Source of the DNA: Giesbergeria sp.
GTDB taxonomy: Bacteria > Pseudomonadota > Gammaproteobacteria > Burkholderiales > Burkholderiaceae_C
Reading direction: 5' to 3'
Length of the DNA: 64,000 nt
Assembly: GCA_034676525.1 (NCBI GenBank)
Contig: JAUCCA010000012.1
Span: 417,033-481,032 of the forward strand
The position numbers were made by a program, and so were the translations under genes. Positions 17,018 to 27,307 of this stretch are shown piece by piece (positions within the stretch are counted from its first letter, which is position 1; every line of letters begins with the position of its first letter). The notes below the pieces were generated by a model that did no database searches, was not told the origin of the DNA, and saw nothing but the letters and a program-made list of their open reading frames with translations.

Positions 17018-17557
17018 CTATTTGACGTAGAGGCGCCCCACCATCGTGTGGTGGTTGATGCCGCAAAACTCGTTACAAACGATGGAGAACTGACCCGATT
17101 GATTGGGCGTAATCTTCATCACGTGCTCATACCCAGGCACCACCTGGATGTTGATGTTGGTCGGCTGCAGAGAGAAGCCGTGGTTGTAATCCATAGAAGT
17201 CATGTGCAGCTTGTAGGTTTTGTCTTTTTCAAGCTCAAGAATGGGCCACCAGGACCACAGACGCCCGATGAGATAGATGTCGCTGCCCTCAGGCGGATGC
17301 ACGACGGGAATCTTTTCGTCGGTCTCGGTGCGGACGGTGTACTTGTCGACCATGGCCTGCGTCTTGGCAGCAAACATGTCCGGCGTCGTCTTGTAGGTTT
17401 CGGTGGAGAGGTTCTGCTTGCCGTAGATGTGCCAGCCGACCATCATGAAGAACATGACCATGCACCAAGCAAAGGCGATGGCGATCCAGAGGCCTTCGAC
17501 GCGGTCCAGGGGATGTTTCCACCAGAGCCGTTCGGCGGGGGGAAGAATTGCGCTCAT
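17018..17557 (-). CDS. CuA-containing subunit II (single TM, ba3/eNOR-type)
   Basis: DYNHGF and CNEFCGINHHTM CuA ligands; one N-terminal TM helix. Confidence 0.92.
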   Translation of the reverse strand: MSAILPPAERLWWKHPLDRVEGLWIAIAFAWCMVMFFMMVGWHIYGKQNLSTETYKTTPDMFAAKTQAMVDKYTVRTETDEKIPVVHPPEGSDIYLIGRLWSWWPILELEKDKTYKLHMTSMDYNHGFSLQPTNINIQVVPGYEHVMKITPNQSGQFSIVCNEFCGINHHTMVGRLYVK

Positions 17558-17573
17558 GTGCGGGCTCCTGGGG

Positions 17574-17729
17574 TTACTTGGCCATGGGAATGGTCAAGAT
17601 TTCGATCACCCCCCACAGTGAGTACACGACCATCGGGACCATCACCCCGATGAACAGTAACAAAAAAGGGTTGTCGAGCAGCTGCTGAATCATCGGCACC
17701 TTCTCGTTTTCGTCGTTATCGTGTTCCAT
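17574..17729 (-). CDS. Small single-TM protein (subunit IIa-like), 51 aa
   Basis: GAGGAG RBS before ATG 17729; one hydrophobic helix; first gene of the operon. Confidence 0.75.
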   Translation of the reverse strand: MEHDNDENEKVPMIQQLLDNPFLLLFIGVMVPMVVYSLWGVIEILTIPMAK

Positions 17730-17788
17730 ACTCTCTCCTCGTTGACCAAAAGGTTCACATGATTGTCTCGTTTGGAGGCAGCATAGAC

Positions 17789-17802
17789 TTGATCTGCGAC
17801 AA
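17789..17802 (-). promoter_or_regulatory. FNR/DNR/NnrR-type box
   Basis: TTGATCTGCGACAA versus consensus TTGAT-N4-ATCAA (2 mismatches). Centred about 41 nt upstream of a start inferred from a GACAAT -10-like hexamer (17767-17762). Confidence 0.65.
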
Positions 17803-17894
17803 GGTCTACAGAAAGACGCCTTAAGGGTAAGCACTTAGTTCGCACAAACCACACACCTTTTGGTGGATGTTCTTTTTTGTTGTAAGCAGTACGT

Positions 17895-18860
17895 ATGCAC
17901 GCACCTTCCTCCCCTGACCCCGCGCCGCATCGGCGCCTTTTTTTGCGCCGTGCGGCCTGGATTTGTGCTGTTTTGGTGCTGGTGGTGACAAGCGCCAGCG
18001 CTTTTTTGCGTCAATCTGGCGCCGGTCTGGGTTGCACACCGTGGCCCGCCTGCCACGCCAGCGCGGCGCGCGCCGACGTCGAACGCCCTGCGCCCAGCGC
18101 GGCTGAGCACACGGCTCGCGCCGTGCACCGAGTCGTCGCTTCGTCCTTATTGCTTCTGCTGATGGCCATGACGGCCTTTGCCTGGACAGGCAAGCCGCGG
18201 TTGGCGGTAGAAGGGCGCGTGGTCTTGGTGGCCCTCGGGCTGGTGCTGTTCCTTGCGGTGCTTGGCGTCTTCACTGCCAAGGCTCGCGCGCCAGCGATCA
18301 CCCTTGGCAATCTGTTGGGAGGCCTGCTGCTGTTTGCCGCGTGTGTCCGGCTCGCCGTTACCGCGTGTGCCATCGCCGAACCGCAGCGCAAACACCTGCA
18401 GCGCTGGGCGCTCGTGTCCGGCACCCTGTTGCTCGTGCAGATCGGTTTGGGCGCACTGATCAGCGCCGGGTATGCAGGGTTGAGCTGCCCCGAGCTAAGC
18501 AGCTGCAGCCCAGGCGCCCATGCTTGGGAAGCGTTGAGCCTGCTTCACCCACCCGGAGATGGGGCTGGAATGCCCGGTTATGCGGAGGGCGTTGGCATCC
18601 AACTCCTGCACCGCCTCGCGGCGTTGGCAGTGATGGTGGCGCTTGCAGCATTGGCAAGGTCCGCGTGGCAGGCCCGGCGGCGAGTCGAGGCGGCTGCGCT
18701 CGGGGTGCTCGCTGTACTTCAAGTGGGTTTGGGTGCGACGCTGGTGCTCAGTCAATTGCCGCTGGGCGCAGCGCTTGCGCACAACCTGGTTGCCGCGCTG
18801 CTGCTGGGAACGGTGGCGGCACTCATCGCAGCATCCGCGCGGGTGTCGCCTCGGTTGTGA
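17895..18860 (+). CDS. ctaA: Heme A synthase (CtaA/COX15 family)
   Basis: SGAGLGCTPWPAC, HRVVA, AGLSCPELSSC, HRLAA and AHNL; 8-TM pattern; divergent from the oxidase operon. Confidence 0.82.
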   Translation: MHAPSSPDPAPHRRLFLRRAAWICAVLVLVVTSASAFLRQSGAGLGCTPWPACHASAARADVERPAPSAAEHTARAVHRVVASSLLLLLMAMTAFAWTGKPRLAVEGRVVLVALGLVLFLAVLGVFTAKARAPAITLGNLLGGLLLFAACVRLAVTACAIAEPQRKHLQRWALVSGTLLLVQIGLGALISAGYAGLSCPELSSCSPGAHAWEALSLLHPPGDGAGMPGYAEGVGIQLLHRLAALAVMVALAALARSAWQARRRVEAAALGVLAVLQVGLGATLVLSQLPLGAALAHNLVAALLLGTVAALIAASARVSPRL

Positions 18861-18891
18861 CGCGGCGAGGCCGTGCTGCCCACAATGGCGC

Positions 18892-20199
18892 ATGGACTTC
18901 GCACCTTCTCCCCGCGCACGTGACCTTCTGCAGCGCATGGATGCGTTCATCGAGCGCTACCTACTGCCCCACAACGCCGCGTGGCACGCGGCGGTTCAGG
19001 CGGGTGCGTTTCCACCGCCTTTCCTGGAAGACCTGAAGGCGCTGGCCGGGGAAGAAGGCCTTTGGAATCTTTTCCTCCCCAGTCTGCAGGACACGGAGCC
19101 CGGCACTCGCCTGTCGAACCTCGACTACGCGCCCTTGGCCGAGTCCATGGGGCGCTTGCCTTGGGCGGCTGAGGTATTCAACTGCAGCGCGCCCGACACC
19201 GGAAATATTGAGCTGTTGCACCGCTTTGCTTCTGGCGATCAGCGCCAGGAATGGCTGGAGCCACTGCTGGAAGGCCGCATCCGCTCAGCGTTTGCGATGA
19301 CCGAGCCCGACGTCGCCTCGTCCGACCCCACCAACCTGCAAACCACCGTGCGCCGCGATGGCGAAATGCTGGTGGTGAGCGGGCGCAAGTGGTTCATCAC
19401 CGGCGCAGCGCACCCCCACTGCCGCTTGCTGATCGTCATGTGCCGGAACGCGAGCGACACATCCGACGCCGCAGACACGCAGGACGACGATGGGCACCGC
19501 CGTCACAGCATGGTGCTGGTGCCGCTCGATACCCCCGGCGTGCAGCTGGTGCGCAACATCTCCGTGCTGCACCACCACGCGCCGGAAGGGCATTGCGAAA
19601 TTCTGTTGCAGGACGTGCGAGTACCGCACAGCGCGCTGCTGGGCGACTGGGGCGGAGGCTTTGCCATGGCGCAGGCGCGCTTGGGCCCGGGGCGTGTGCA
19701 CCACTGTATGCGCACCATTGGCCAGTGCGAGCTCGCCCTTCAATTGGCGGCTGAACGCGCACTGGAACGCAAGATGTTTGGCAGCTACGAGTCCGGTTTT
19801 GCGAATGTGCAGGATTGGCTGGCTGAGTCGCGCATTGAAATCGACCAGGCACGCCTATTGGTGCTGCACACGGCATGGCGCTTGGATCAAGCCGATCCAG
19901 CGCAGGCGGCGCAGACCCGCGCGCAGATCTCTGCCATCAAGGTGGTGGCGGCGCGCTTGCAAACCCGTGTGGTGGACCGCGCCATGCAGGTCTTCGGCGC
20001 CATGGGCCTCTCGCCCGACACGCCGCTGGCGCAGTTCTGGAGCTGGGGCCGTGCCCTGCACTTGATGGACGGGCCCGACGAAGTGCACCTGCGCACCGTG
20101 GCGCGCCACGAGCTGGCTCAGGCGCGCAGTCGTATGGGGAAAAGCAGCGCGTGGTTCACCACCCCCGAGCAGCTGCGCGCACCGCCGCGCGTTCGCTGA
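18892..20199 (+). CDS. Acyl-CoA dehydrogenase family protein
   Basis: FNCSAPDTGNIE, SAFAMTEPDVASSD, GRKWFITGA, AQARLGPGRVHHCMR and MDGPDEVH. Confidence 0.93.
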   Translation: MDFAPSPRARDLLQRMDAFIERYLLPHNAAWHAAVQAGAFPPPFLEDLKALAGEEGLWNLFLPSLQDTEPGTRLSNLDYAPLAESMGRLPWAAEVFNCSAPDTGNIELLHRFASGDQRQEWLEPLLEGRIRSAFAMTEPDVASSDPTNLQTTVRRDGEMLVVSGRKWFITGAAHPHCRLLIVMCRNASDTSDAADTQDDDGHRRHSMVLVPLDTPGVQLVRNISVLHHHAPEGHCEILLQDVRVPHSALLGDWGGGFAMAQARLGPGRVHHCMRTIGQCELALQLAAERALERKMFGSYESGFANVQDWLAESRIEIDQARLLVLHTAWRLDQADPAQAAQTRAQISAIKVVAARLQTRVVDRAMQVFGAMGLSPDTPLAQFWSWGRALHLMDGPDEVHLRTVARHELAQARSRMGKSSAWFTTPEQLRAPPRVR

Positions 20200-20213
20200 A
20201 CACTCTGTTTTTG

Positions 20214-20255
20214 GTAGCTTATCGCGCTTATTTGATAAGGGCTAGAGCCTTAAAA
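20214..20255 (+). repeat. ~43-bp palindromic REP-like repeat, copy 1 (degenerate)
   Basis: GTAGCTTATCGCGCTTATTTGATAAGGGCTAGAGCC; matches copies at 32068, 35272, 46722 and 49642. Confidence 0.7.
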
Positions 20256-20273
20256 GGCATAGATTTTTGCGAT

Positions 20274-21461
20274 TCAGGTCTCGACGTGTTCGTGTGCACT
20301 CCTGAGCACGCCGCGCGGCTCCGCAATCAGCTCGGCCCACTTGCTGTCGCCGTGCAGGGCCACTCGGTCGCGGCCGTGCGCCTTGGCTTCGTAGAGGGCC
20401 TGGTCTGCCTGCTCGAGCATCTGCTCAAGTGCTTGACCCGGCCGACCGGCGGCCAAGCCCGCCGACACTGTGATGCGAACGATGCCGGAGATGGTTTGAA
20501 CTTCCAACGCGGCGACTTCCACGCGTACTCGCTCCAACATCTTTAGCGCGCCGTCCACGGAAGTTTCGGGCAGCAACAGCAAGAATTCTTCACCTCCCCA
20601 ACGCGCCAGCAGGTCGGTACTGCGCAAATTAGCCTGCACACATTGCGCGAAATTACGCAGCACGGCGTCGCCTGCAGCGTGACCGTGGCGGTCGTTAACG
20701 AGCTTGAAAAGATCGATATCCAGCAGAGCCAACACCAGCGGTCGGCCTCCGCGAGCGCAGCGCTCGCGCTCTAGGTCCACGACCTCTGTCATGCGGCGCC
20801 GGTTCAACAGACCGGTCAACTCGTCGTGCGTCGCGAGGTGGTTGATGCGCTCAAGCGCAGCGCCCAGCGCATGTTTCTGGAACTTCAGTCTGCGGCGCAC
20901 ATGTTGAATGCGCACGCCAACGAAGGTGCTTCCCGCCAGCACCAGCACGATCATCACGCCATAGGCGAACTCCAACATGCTGTTGTAGCCGGGCGCGTGG
21001 ACCCAGGCCACGATTCCCATGGCGACCCCGAAGGATGTAAGCGCAAACAGCAGGTTGGCCGCCAACTCCCGCGCGCTGAGGCTGAAGATGCCGAACATCA
21101 GGACCAGCGAGAGGATGACTGGGGTGATGCCGCGCGCGTCGCCCAGCAATGCGTAGCCTGCCGCATTGCTCAAAATGGCGTATCGAATCTGGACCAGGGT
21201 CATAGCGGGGTCGGCCATTGCACGGGTCCAGCCCGCGCGGATGCAGGTGATCGCTGCCGCATTGAACAGCACAGTGGTCGAGATCCAGATCATCACCTGC
21301 TGGACGCTGGCAAAGCCCGCATAGGCCAGCAGAAGGGCCAGCGATCCGCACAGGACGGACAGCAAAGCAGACGCCCCCGTCATCGCCACGCGAATGCGCA
21401 TGTGCGGGTCGCTGCCCAAAAGCCGCTGCATCAGCGCGCTGCGCTTCACGCCAATGGCCAT
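20274..21461 (-). CDS. Membrane-bound diguanylate cyclase, paralogue of 6547-7782
   Basis: HDELTGLLNRR, RSTD I-site and RWGGEEF; same TM architecture. Start uncertain. Confidence 0.9.
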   Translation of the reverse strand: MAIGVKRSALMQRLLGSDPHMRIRVAMTGASALLSVLCGSLALLLAYAGFASVQQVMIWISTTVLFNAAAITCIRAGWTRAMADPAMTLVQIRYAILSNAAGYALLGDARGITPVILSLVLMFGIFSLSARELAANLLFALTSFGVAMGIVAWVHAPGYNSMLEFAYGVMIVLVLAGSTFVGVRIQHVRRRLKFQKHALGAALERINHLATHDELTGLLNRRRMTEVVDLERERCARGGRPLVLALLDIDLFKLVNDRHGHAAGDAVLRNFAQCVQANLRSTDLLARWGGEEFLLLLPETSVDGALKMLERVRVEVAALEVQTISGIVRITVSAGLAAGRPGQALEQMLEQADQALYEAKAHGRDRVALHGDSKWAELIAEPRGVLRSAHEHVET

Positions 21462-21639
21462 GCAATGCCTTTCGTTGAAATCCGGTTGTACCGCCGACGC
21501 GCCTTTGCGAGGAAGGCGGCCCATTCTATGGATGCGCCATTTTGGTGCAAGGCCTGGCCTTTCGACCGATAGGTGCATCTGTCCACCAATTGGGGGGTAT
21601 CGCAGCACGCTTGTAGAACAGCCAGAGTGACAGTAAGAT

Positions 21640-21653
21640 AGTAATCAATTACT
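21640..21653. promoter_or_regulatory. Candidate TetR operator
   Basis: 6-2-6 palindrome AGTAAT-CA-ATTACT, 20 nt upstream of the TetR start, in an AT-rich patch. Confidence 0.55.
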
Positions 21654-21673
21654 CACTTAACGCAAGCTCTTCT

Positions 21674-22282
21674 ATGTCCACTCGTGCCAAGCCCATGCCT
21701 GCAGACGAACGCCGCGCCGCTACGGTCGAGGCCGTCGTGCAGCTCGCCGCCACACAAAACCCGAGCGACATCACCACCGCAGCCATTGCCAGCCATATGC
21801 AACTGACGCAGGGGGCTCTATTTCGCCACTTTCCTTCCAAGGACGCCATCTTGCAGGCCGTCATGGAATGGGTGGCCGAGCAGTTGTTGGCCCGGGTCGA
21901 GCGGGCCGCGCAGAACGCTCCTACTCCCCTGGCGGCGCTGGAGGCCATGTTTCTGGCACACACTGCCTTTATCGCCGAGCACCCCGGCGTGCCGCGCATG
22001 ATGTTTGGAGAGCTCCAACGCACTGGCGACAGCCTGCCCCGGCGCATGGTGCGCACGCTCTTGGGGCGCTACGGCGAGCGCCTGCAGCAACTGTTCGCAC
22101 AGGGCAAGGCGCAAGGCGAGATCGATTCGGAGCTGGACACCGAAGCCGCCGCCACTTCATTCATCGGAAGCATCCAGGGCCTGGTCATGCAATCCATGTT
22201 GTCCGGCGACGTGGAGCGCATTCGCCGCGATGCACCGCGTGTGTTCGCCATCTACCAGCGCGGCATCCGGAGCGCACCATGA
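21674..22282 (+). CDS. TetR/AcrR-family regulator
   Basis: N-terminal HTH ITTAAIASHMQLTQGALFRHFPSKDAIL. Confidence 0.92.
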   Translation: MSTRAKPMPADERRAATVEAVVQLAATQNPSDITTAAIASHMQLTQGALFRHFPSKDAILQAVMEWVAEQLLARVERAAQNAPTPLAALEAMFLAHTAFIAEHPGVPRMMFGELQRTGDSLPRRMVRTLLGRYGERLQQLFAQGKAQGEIDSELDTEAAATSFIGSIQGLVMQSMLSGDVERIRRDAPRVFAIYQRGIRSAP

Positions 22283-23430
22283 GCCGACTTCCGATCCAAC
22301 GCCGCACGCTGGCCTTGTTGGCCGTAATGGTGCCGCTTTTGGCACTGTTCATTTATGTCGTGCTTCGCTCGGGTCCACTGGCGCCCGTCGCCGTCACCGT
22401 CACCGCCGTAGAGCAACGCGCCATCACGCCCGCCCTGTTTGGCATTGGCACCGTGGAGGCACGCACTACGTACCACGTCGGCCCCACGGTTTCGGGCCGC
22501 GTGCTGCGCCTGTTGGTAGAGGTGGGTGAGCACGTCGTCGCTGGCCAGGTGCTGGGCGAAATGGATGCGGTGGATTTTGACGAACGCCTGCGCGCCCAGG
22601 TTGCCGCCGTGCAACGTGCTCAGGCCAGCTTGAAGGACGCGCAGGCGCGCCAGCAGCAGGCACAGACCCAAGCCACGCGCTACGCCCAATTGCTGGCCGC
22701 ACGCGCCACCAGCGAAGAAACCGCCAGCGCGCGCCAGCAAGATTTGCTCTCCGCCAACGCTGCTCTGGCGGGCAGCCAGGCTGAGGTGGCGCGCCTGCGC
22801 GCCGAGAAGGAGGCCCTGCGCACGCAGCGCGGCCAGTTGCGCCTGCGCGCTCCGGCAGATGCGCTGGTGACGGCCCGCTTGGCGGAGCCCGGCAGCACTG
22901 TGGTGCCAGGGCAAGCGGTAGTGGACTTGGTAGACCCAGCCAGCCTGTGGGTCAACGTGCGTTTTGACCAGACGAGTTCCGCCGGCCTGCGCGCAGGCCT
23001 GCCGGCGCAGGTGTTGCTGCGCTCCGACGTAGGGACGCCACTGGCCGCACGCGTTCTGCGCGTTGAGCCCCTGGCCGATGCCGTGACCGAAGAGACGCTA
23101 GCGAAGGCGGTGCTCACCGTTTTGCCCAATCCGCTGCCGCCGCTGGGCACGCTGGCGGAAGTCACCATCACCTTGCCGGAACTCGCCGCCGCACCCACTA
23201 TTCCCAATGCCGCCTTACGGCGCGTGGGCGGCAAGATGGGCGTCTGGGAACTGGATGCCGACGGCCTGCGCTTTGTCCCGCTGGTCTTGGGCCAGGCCGA
23301 CCTGGACGGCCATGTGCAGGTGCAAAGCGGCCTCAAGCAAGGCGCGCGCATCGTCGTCTACAGCGAAAAAGAACTGAGTGCCCGCAGCAACACTCACGAG
23401 GTCGACCGCATCGCCAAGGTGGCCCCGTGA
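22279..23430 (+). CDS. Efflux periplasmic adaptor (HlyD/MacA-like)
   Basis: TM anchor, GTVEA...VGPTVSGRV lipoyl half-motifs, coiled-coil hairpin; ATGA overlap. Confidence 0.9.
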   Translation: MSRLPIQRRTLALLAVMVPLLALFIYVVLRSGPLAPVAVTVTAVEQRAITPALFGIGTVEARTTYHVGPTVSGRVLRLLVEVGEHVVAGQVLGEMDAVDFDERLRAQVAAVQRAQASLKDAQARQQQAQTQATRYAQLLAARATSEETASARQQDLLSANAALAGSQAEVARLRAEKEALRTQRGQLRLRAPADALVTARLAEPGSTVVPGQAVVDLVDPASLWVNVRFDQTSSAGLRAGLPAQVLLRSDVGTPLAARVLRVEPLADAVTEETLAKAVLTVLPNPLPPLGTLAEVTITLPELAAAPTIPNAALRRVGGKMGVWELDADGLRFVPLVLGQADLDGHVQVQSGLKQGARIVVYSEKELSARSNTHEVDRIAKVAP

Positions 23431-24674
23431 TCAGCCTGGCCGGCCGCGACATCCTCCATGCCTGGGGCAAGTTTGTCTTCACGGGCATTGGCTTGGGGCT
23501 GCTGATTGGCGTCACCCTCACCATGGCAGGTGTCTACCGCGGCATGGTGGACGACGGACGGGCCCTGCTGGACAACAGCGGCGCCGACATCTGGGTGGTG
23601 CAGCAGGGCACGCTGGGCCCCTACGCCGAACCCTCGAGCCTGAACGACACCACCTGGCGCAGCCTGCGCACGCTGCCTGGCGTGCAGGACGCCGCCAACG
23701 TCACCTACCTCACCATGCAAGTGCAGCGCCTGGCAGGCAACGCTGGCAATGCGGGCGCAGCCGGCCCTGCCAGTGCCGCCAGCGACGTGCGCGCCATGGT
23801 GGTCGGCATCGCACCCGGCGGCAGCGGCACGCCCGGTTGGCCGCCCTATCTGGTCGCCGGGCGGCATCTCACGCGCAGCCACTACGAAGCCGTGGCCGAC
23901 ATCGCCAGCGGAATGGCGCTGGGCGAGCGCATTCAGATCCGGCGCAACGTGTACACGGTCGTTGGGCTCACGCGGCGCATGGTGTCCTCGGGCGGTGACC
24001 CCATGGTGTTCATTCCGCTCAAGGATGCCCAGGCGGCGCAATTCCTGCGCGACAACGATGCCCTGTGGCAAAGCCGCTACCGTACGGCTGCCAACCCCGC
24101 TTTCAATCGCCCCGGTGTCCCCGGCCTGCTGGACGCAGTGATTGCCTCGCAAGGTAGCAACCCGTCGGTCAACGCTGTGCTGGTCCGGGTGCGCGAAGGC
24201 CACGACGCCGACGCAGTGGCAAAGTCGATCGACCGCTGGCAGCGCCTCACGGCCACCACGCGCGCGCAGATGGAAGACATTCTGGTCGGCAAGCTGATTG
24301 CCACGTCTGCCAAGCAGATCGGCATGTTTCTGGCCATTCTGGCGCTGGTCAGCGCAGCCATCGTCGCCTTCATCATCTATACGCTCACGCTGGGCAAGAT
24401 CCGCGAGATTGCGGTGCTCAAACTCATCGGCACCAAGAACCGCACCATCGCCGGAATGATCGTGCAGCAGGCGCTGGGCTTGGGGCTCATCGGCTTCGTG
24501 GTCGGCAAGATCTCCGCCACGCTGATGGCACCCGCGTTTCCCAAATACGTTCTGTTGGTCCCAGAAGACACCGCAATGGGTTTGGCGGCGATCCTCGCCA
24601 TTTGCGTGCTGGCCAGCGGAGTAGCCATTCGCGCTGCGCTCAAGGTCGATCCAGCCGAAGCGGTAGGAGGCTGA
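23427..24674 (+). CDS. ABC transporter permease (MacB/FtsX-like)
   Basis: N-terminal TM, large periplasmic domain, three C-terminal TMs, REIAVLKLIG. Confidence 0.9.
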   Translation: MISLAGRDILHAWGKFVFTGIGLGLLIGVTLTMAGVYRGMVDDGRALLDNSGADIWVVQQGTLGPYAEPSSLNDTTWRSLRTLPGVQDAANVTYLTMQVQRLAGNAGNAGAAGPASAASDVRAMVVGIAPGGSGTPGWPPYLVAGRHLTRSHYEAVADIASGMALGERIQIRRNVYTVVGLTRRMVSSGGDPMVFIPLKDAQAAQFLRDNDALWQSRYRTAANPAFNRPGVPGLLDAVIASQGSNPSVNAVLVRVREGHDADAVAKSIDRWQRLTATTRAQMEDILVGKLIATSAKQIGMFLAILALVSAAIVAFIIYTLTLGKIREIAVLKLIGTKNRTIAGMIVQQALGLGLIGFVVGKISATLMAPAFPKYVLLVPEDTAMGLAAILAICVLASGVAIRAALKVDPAEAVGG

Positions 24675-24675
24675 T

Positions 24676-25412
<737 letters not shown>

Positions 25413-25416
<4 letters not shown>

Positions 25417-25835
25417 AACCCTTGCTGCAACGCAATCGCTGGCTGCGCGGCGCCAGCGTGTTCGCTGTGCTCTTTGGCCTCCTCACCGTGAACGAAGGCG
25501 GCACCGTGCTGTTCGGCGGCGCGGCTGCGCGCAGTGCTGCCGGGGCCTATGTGCTGTTTGTGCTCTGGTTCAATTTCGTGGCTGGTTTTGCTTACGTGGC
25601 TGCGGGCATCGCGCTGTGGCGGCGCCTGAGCTGGGCGCCGTGGCTGGCGCTCAGCATAGGTCTCGCCACCGCCGTGGTGTTTGTGGCCTTCGGCATCCAT
25701 GTGCTGACGGGCGGCCCCTTTGAAGTGCGCACCGTAGCCGCCATGGCATTGCGCACTGCAGTGTGGCTGGGCATCGCCATCCTGGCCTTGCGCCTGCGGC
25801 GCGGCCGCGCGGACCAACTGGAAACCACACCATGA
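25413..25835 (+). CDS. Small 4-TM hypothetical membrane protein
   Basis: ATGA overlaps at both ends; hydrophobic segments. Confidence 0.75.
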
Positions 25836-27307
25836 AAACGCCCTTGCGACCCCCTCTGCAAAGCGGGCGTCCTGCCCTGGCCTTGTTGTTGGCCGCCCTG
25901 CTCGCCGGCTGTGCGGCGGGCCCGGACTATCAAACCCCGACGCCTCTGGCAGATAGCGCTCTGCCGCAACCTGTAATCAACGCGCCGAACAGCGCCAGCA
26001 GCAGCGCCTTTGGCGCGGCGCAGACCTGGAGCGCCGACATGGACCTCGAAGCGCCCTGGTGGCAGCAGCTCGGCTCCCCAAACTTGGACGCGCTGATTGC
26101 CGAAGCCCTGCAGGCCAGCCCGACGCTGGCGGCTGCGCAGGCGCAACTGCGTCAGGCCGAGGAGCTGCAAGGAGCGCAAGAGCGCGCGACAAAATTGCCA
26201 CGCGCCGACCTGGGCGTCGGCAGCGCGCGCCAGCACAGTTCGCCCAGCGCACAGGGTTTGCCGGGCGACGGACGCACGTTCAGCCTGCACAGCGCCAGCG
26301 TCAGCGTGCAGTACCAACTCGACGTGTCGGGCGGCAACCGCCGCGCGCTACAAGCCCTGGCGGCACGCACCGACTACCGCCGCTACCAGCTGGCAGGCGC
26401 CCGCTTGGACCTGGCCGCTCGCGTCGCGAGCACCGCCATCACCCAGGCCCGCATTGCAGCGCAGGCCGAAGCGCTGGAAGCGATTGCCAGCAATCAGTCG
26501 TCACAAACCGACATCGCCCAGGAGCGCCTGCGCCTGGGCCAGGCCATGCCGGCCGATGTGCAGGCCCTGCAGGCGGCGCTGGAGCAGACCCGCGCCTCCG
26601 CGCTGCTGCTGCGCAAGCAGGCGCAGCAGAGCGCGCATCTGCTGGCCGTGCTGGCCGCGCGCACGCCGGGGGCCGAGCCCCTGCCTGCGTTCAGACTGCA
26701 AGATTTCACACTGCCCGCGGCGCTGCCGCAAGTGCTGCCGTCTGAAATGGTGCGCCAACGCCCCGATATTCAGGCGGCCGAAGCCTTGGTGCGGGTGGCC
26801 AGCGCCGAGCATGGCGTGGCCGTGGCGCGCATGTACCCGCAGATCCGGCTCAGCGCGAACCTGGGCAGCCAGGCGCTGACCACGGGTGCCCTGTTTGGTG
26901 GCAGCTCGGCCGTGTGGGGCCTGATTGCCCAGCTGACGCAGCCTTTGTTCGACCCAGCTCTGCCCGCGCAAAGACGCGCTGCATTGGCCGGTCTGGATGC
27001 TGCGGCCGCCCAGTACCAAAGCGTGGTGCTCGAATCGCTGCGCAGCGTGGCCGATGCCCTGCGCGCGAGCGAGGCCGATGCCCAAGTGCTCGCCACGCTG
27101 GAGCGCGCCGACACCGCCGCACAGGCCAGCCTGGAGACCACGCAGCAACAACTGGCGCTGGGCGCTGCCAGCTACGTGCAATGGCTGGTGGCCCAGCAGC
27201 AAGCCCTGCAATTGCGCAGCAGCCTGGTGGCGGCACAGGCCCAGCGCCTGGCCGACAGTGCCGCACTGTTTCAGGCCGTGGGCGCGGGCGTGGCTACGCC
27301 GGGTTGA
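25832..27307 (+). CDS. Outer-membrane efflux lipoprotein (NodT/TolC family)
   Basis: Lipobox LAGC-AAGPDY, WWQQLGSP, ALQASP, RQRPDIQAAE and YPQI. Confidence 0.92.
   Translation: MKTPLRPPLQSGRPALALLLAALLAGCAAGPDYQTPTPLADSALPQPVINAPNSASSSAFGAAQTWSADMDLEAPWWQQLGSPNLDALIAEALQASPTLAAAQAQLRQAEELQGAQERATKLPRADLGVGSARQHSSPSAQGLPGDGRTFSLHSASVSVQYQLDVSGGNRRALQALAARTDYRRYQLAGARLDLAARVASTAITQARIAAQAEALEAIASNQSSQTDIAQERLRLGQAMPADVQALQAALEQTRASALLLRKQAQQSAHLLAVLAARTPGAEPLPAFRLQDFTLPAALPQVLPSEMVRQRPDIQAAEALVRVASAEHGVAVARMYPQIRLSANLGSQALTTGALFGGSSAVWGLIAQLTQPLFDPALPAQRRAALAGLDAAAAQYQSVVLESLRSVADALRASEADAQVLATLERADTAAQASLETTQQQLALGAASYVQWLVAQQQALQLRSSLVAAQAQRLADSAALFQAVGAGVATPG

Noticed and set aside
15275-17557. 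Calling the oxidase a ba3- or cbb3-type O2 reductase
   Set aside because: The His+4 Tyr needed for the His-Tyr cofactor is Gln, and there are no CcoO/CcoP-type heme c subunits.
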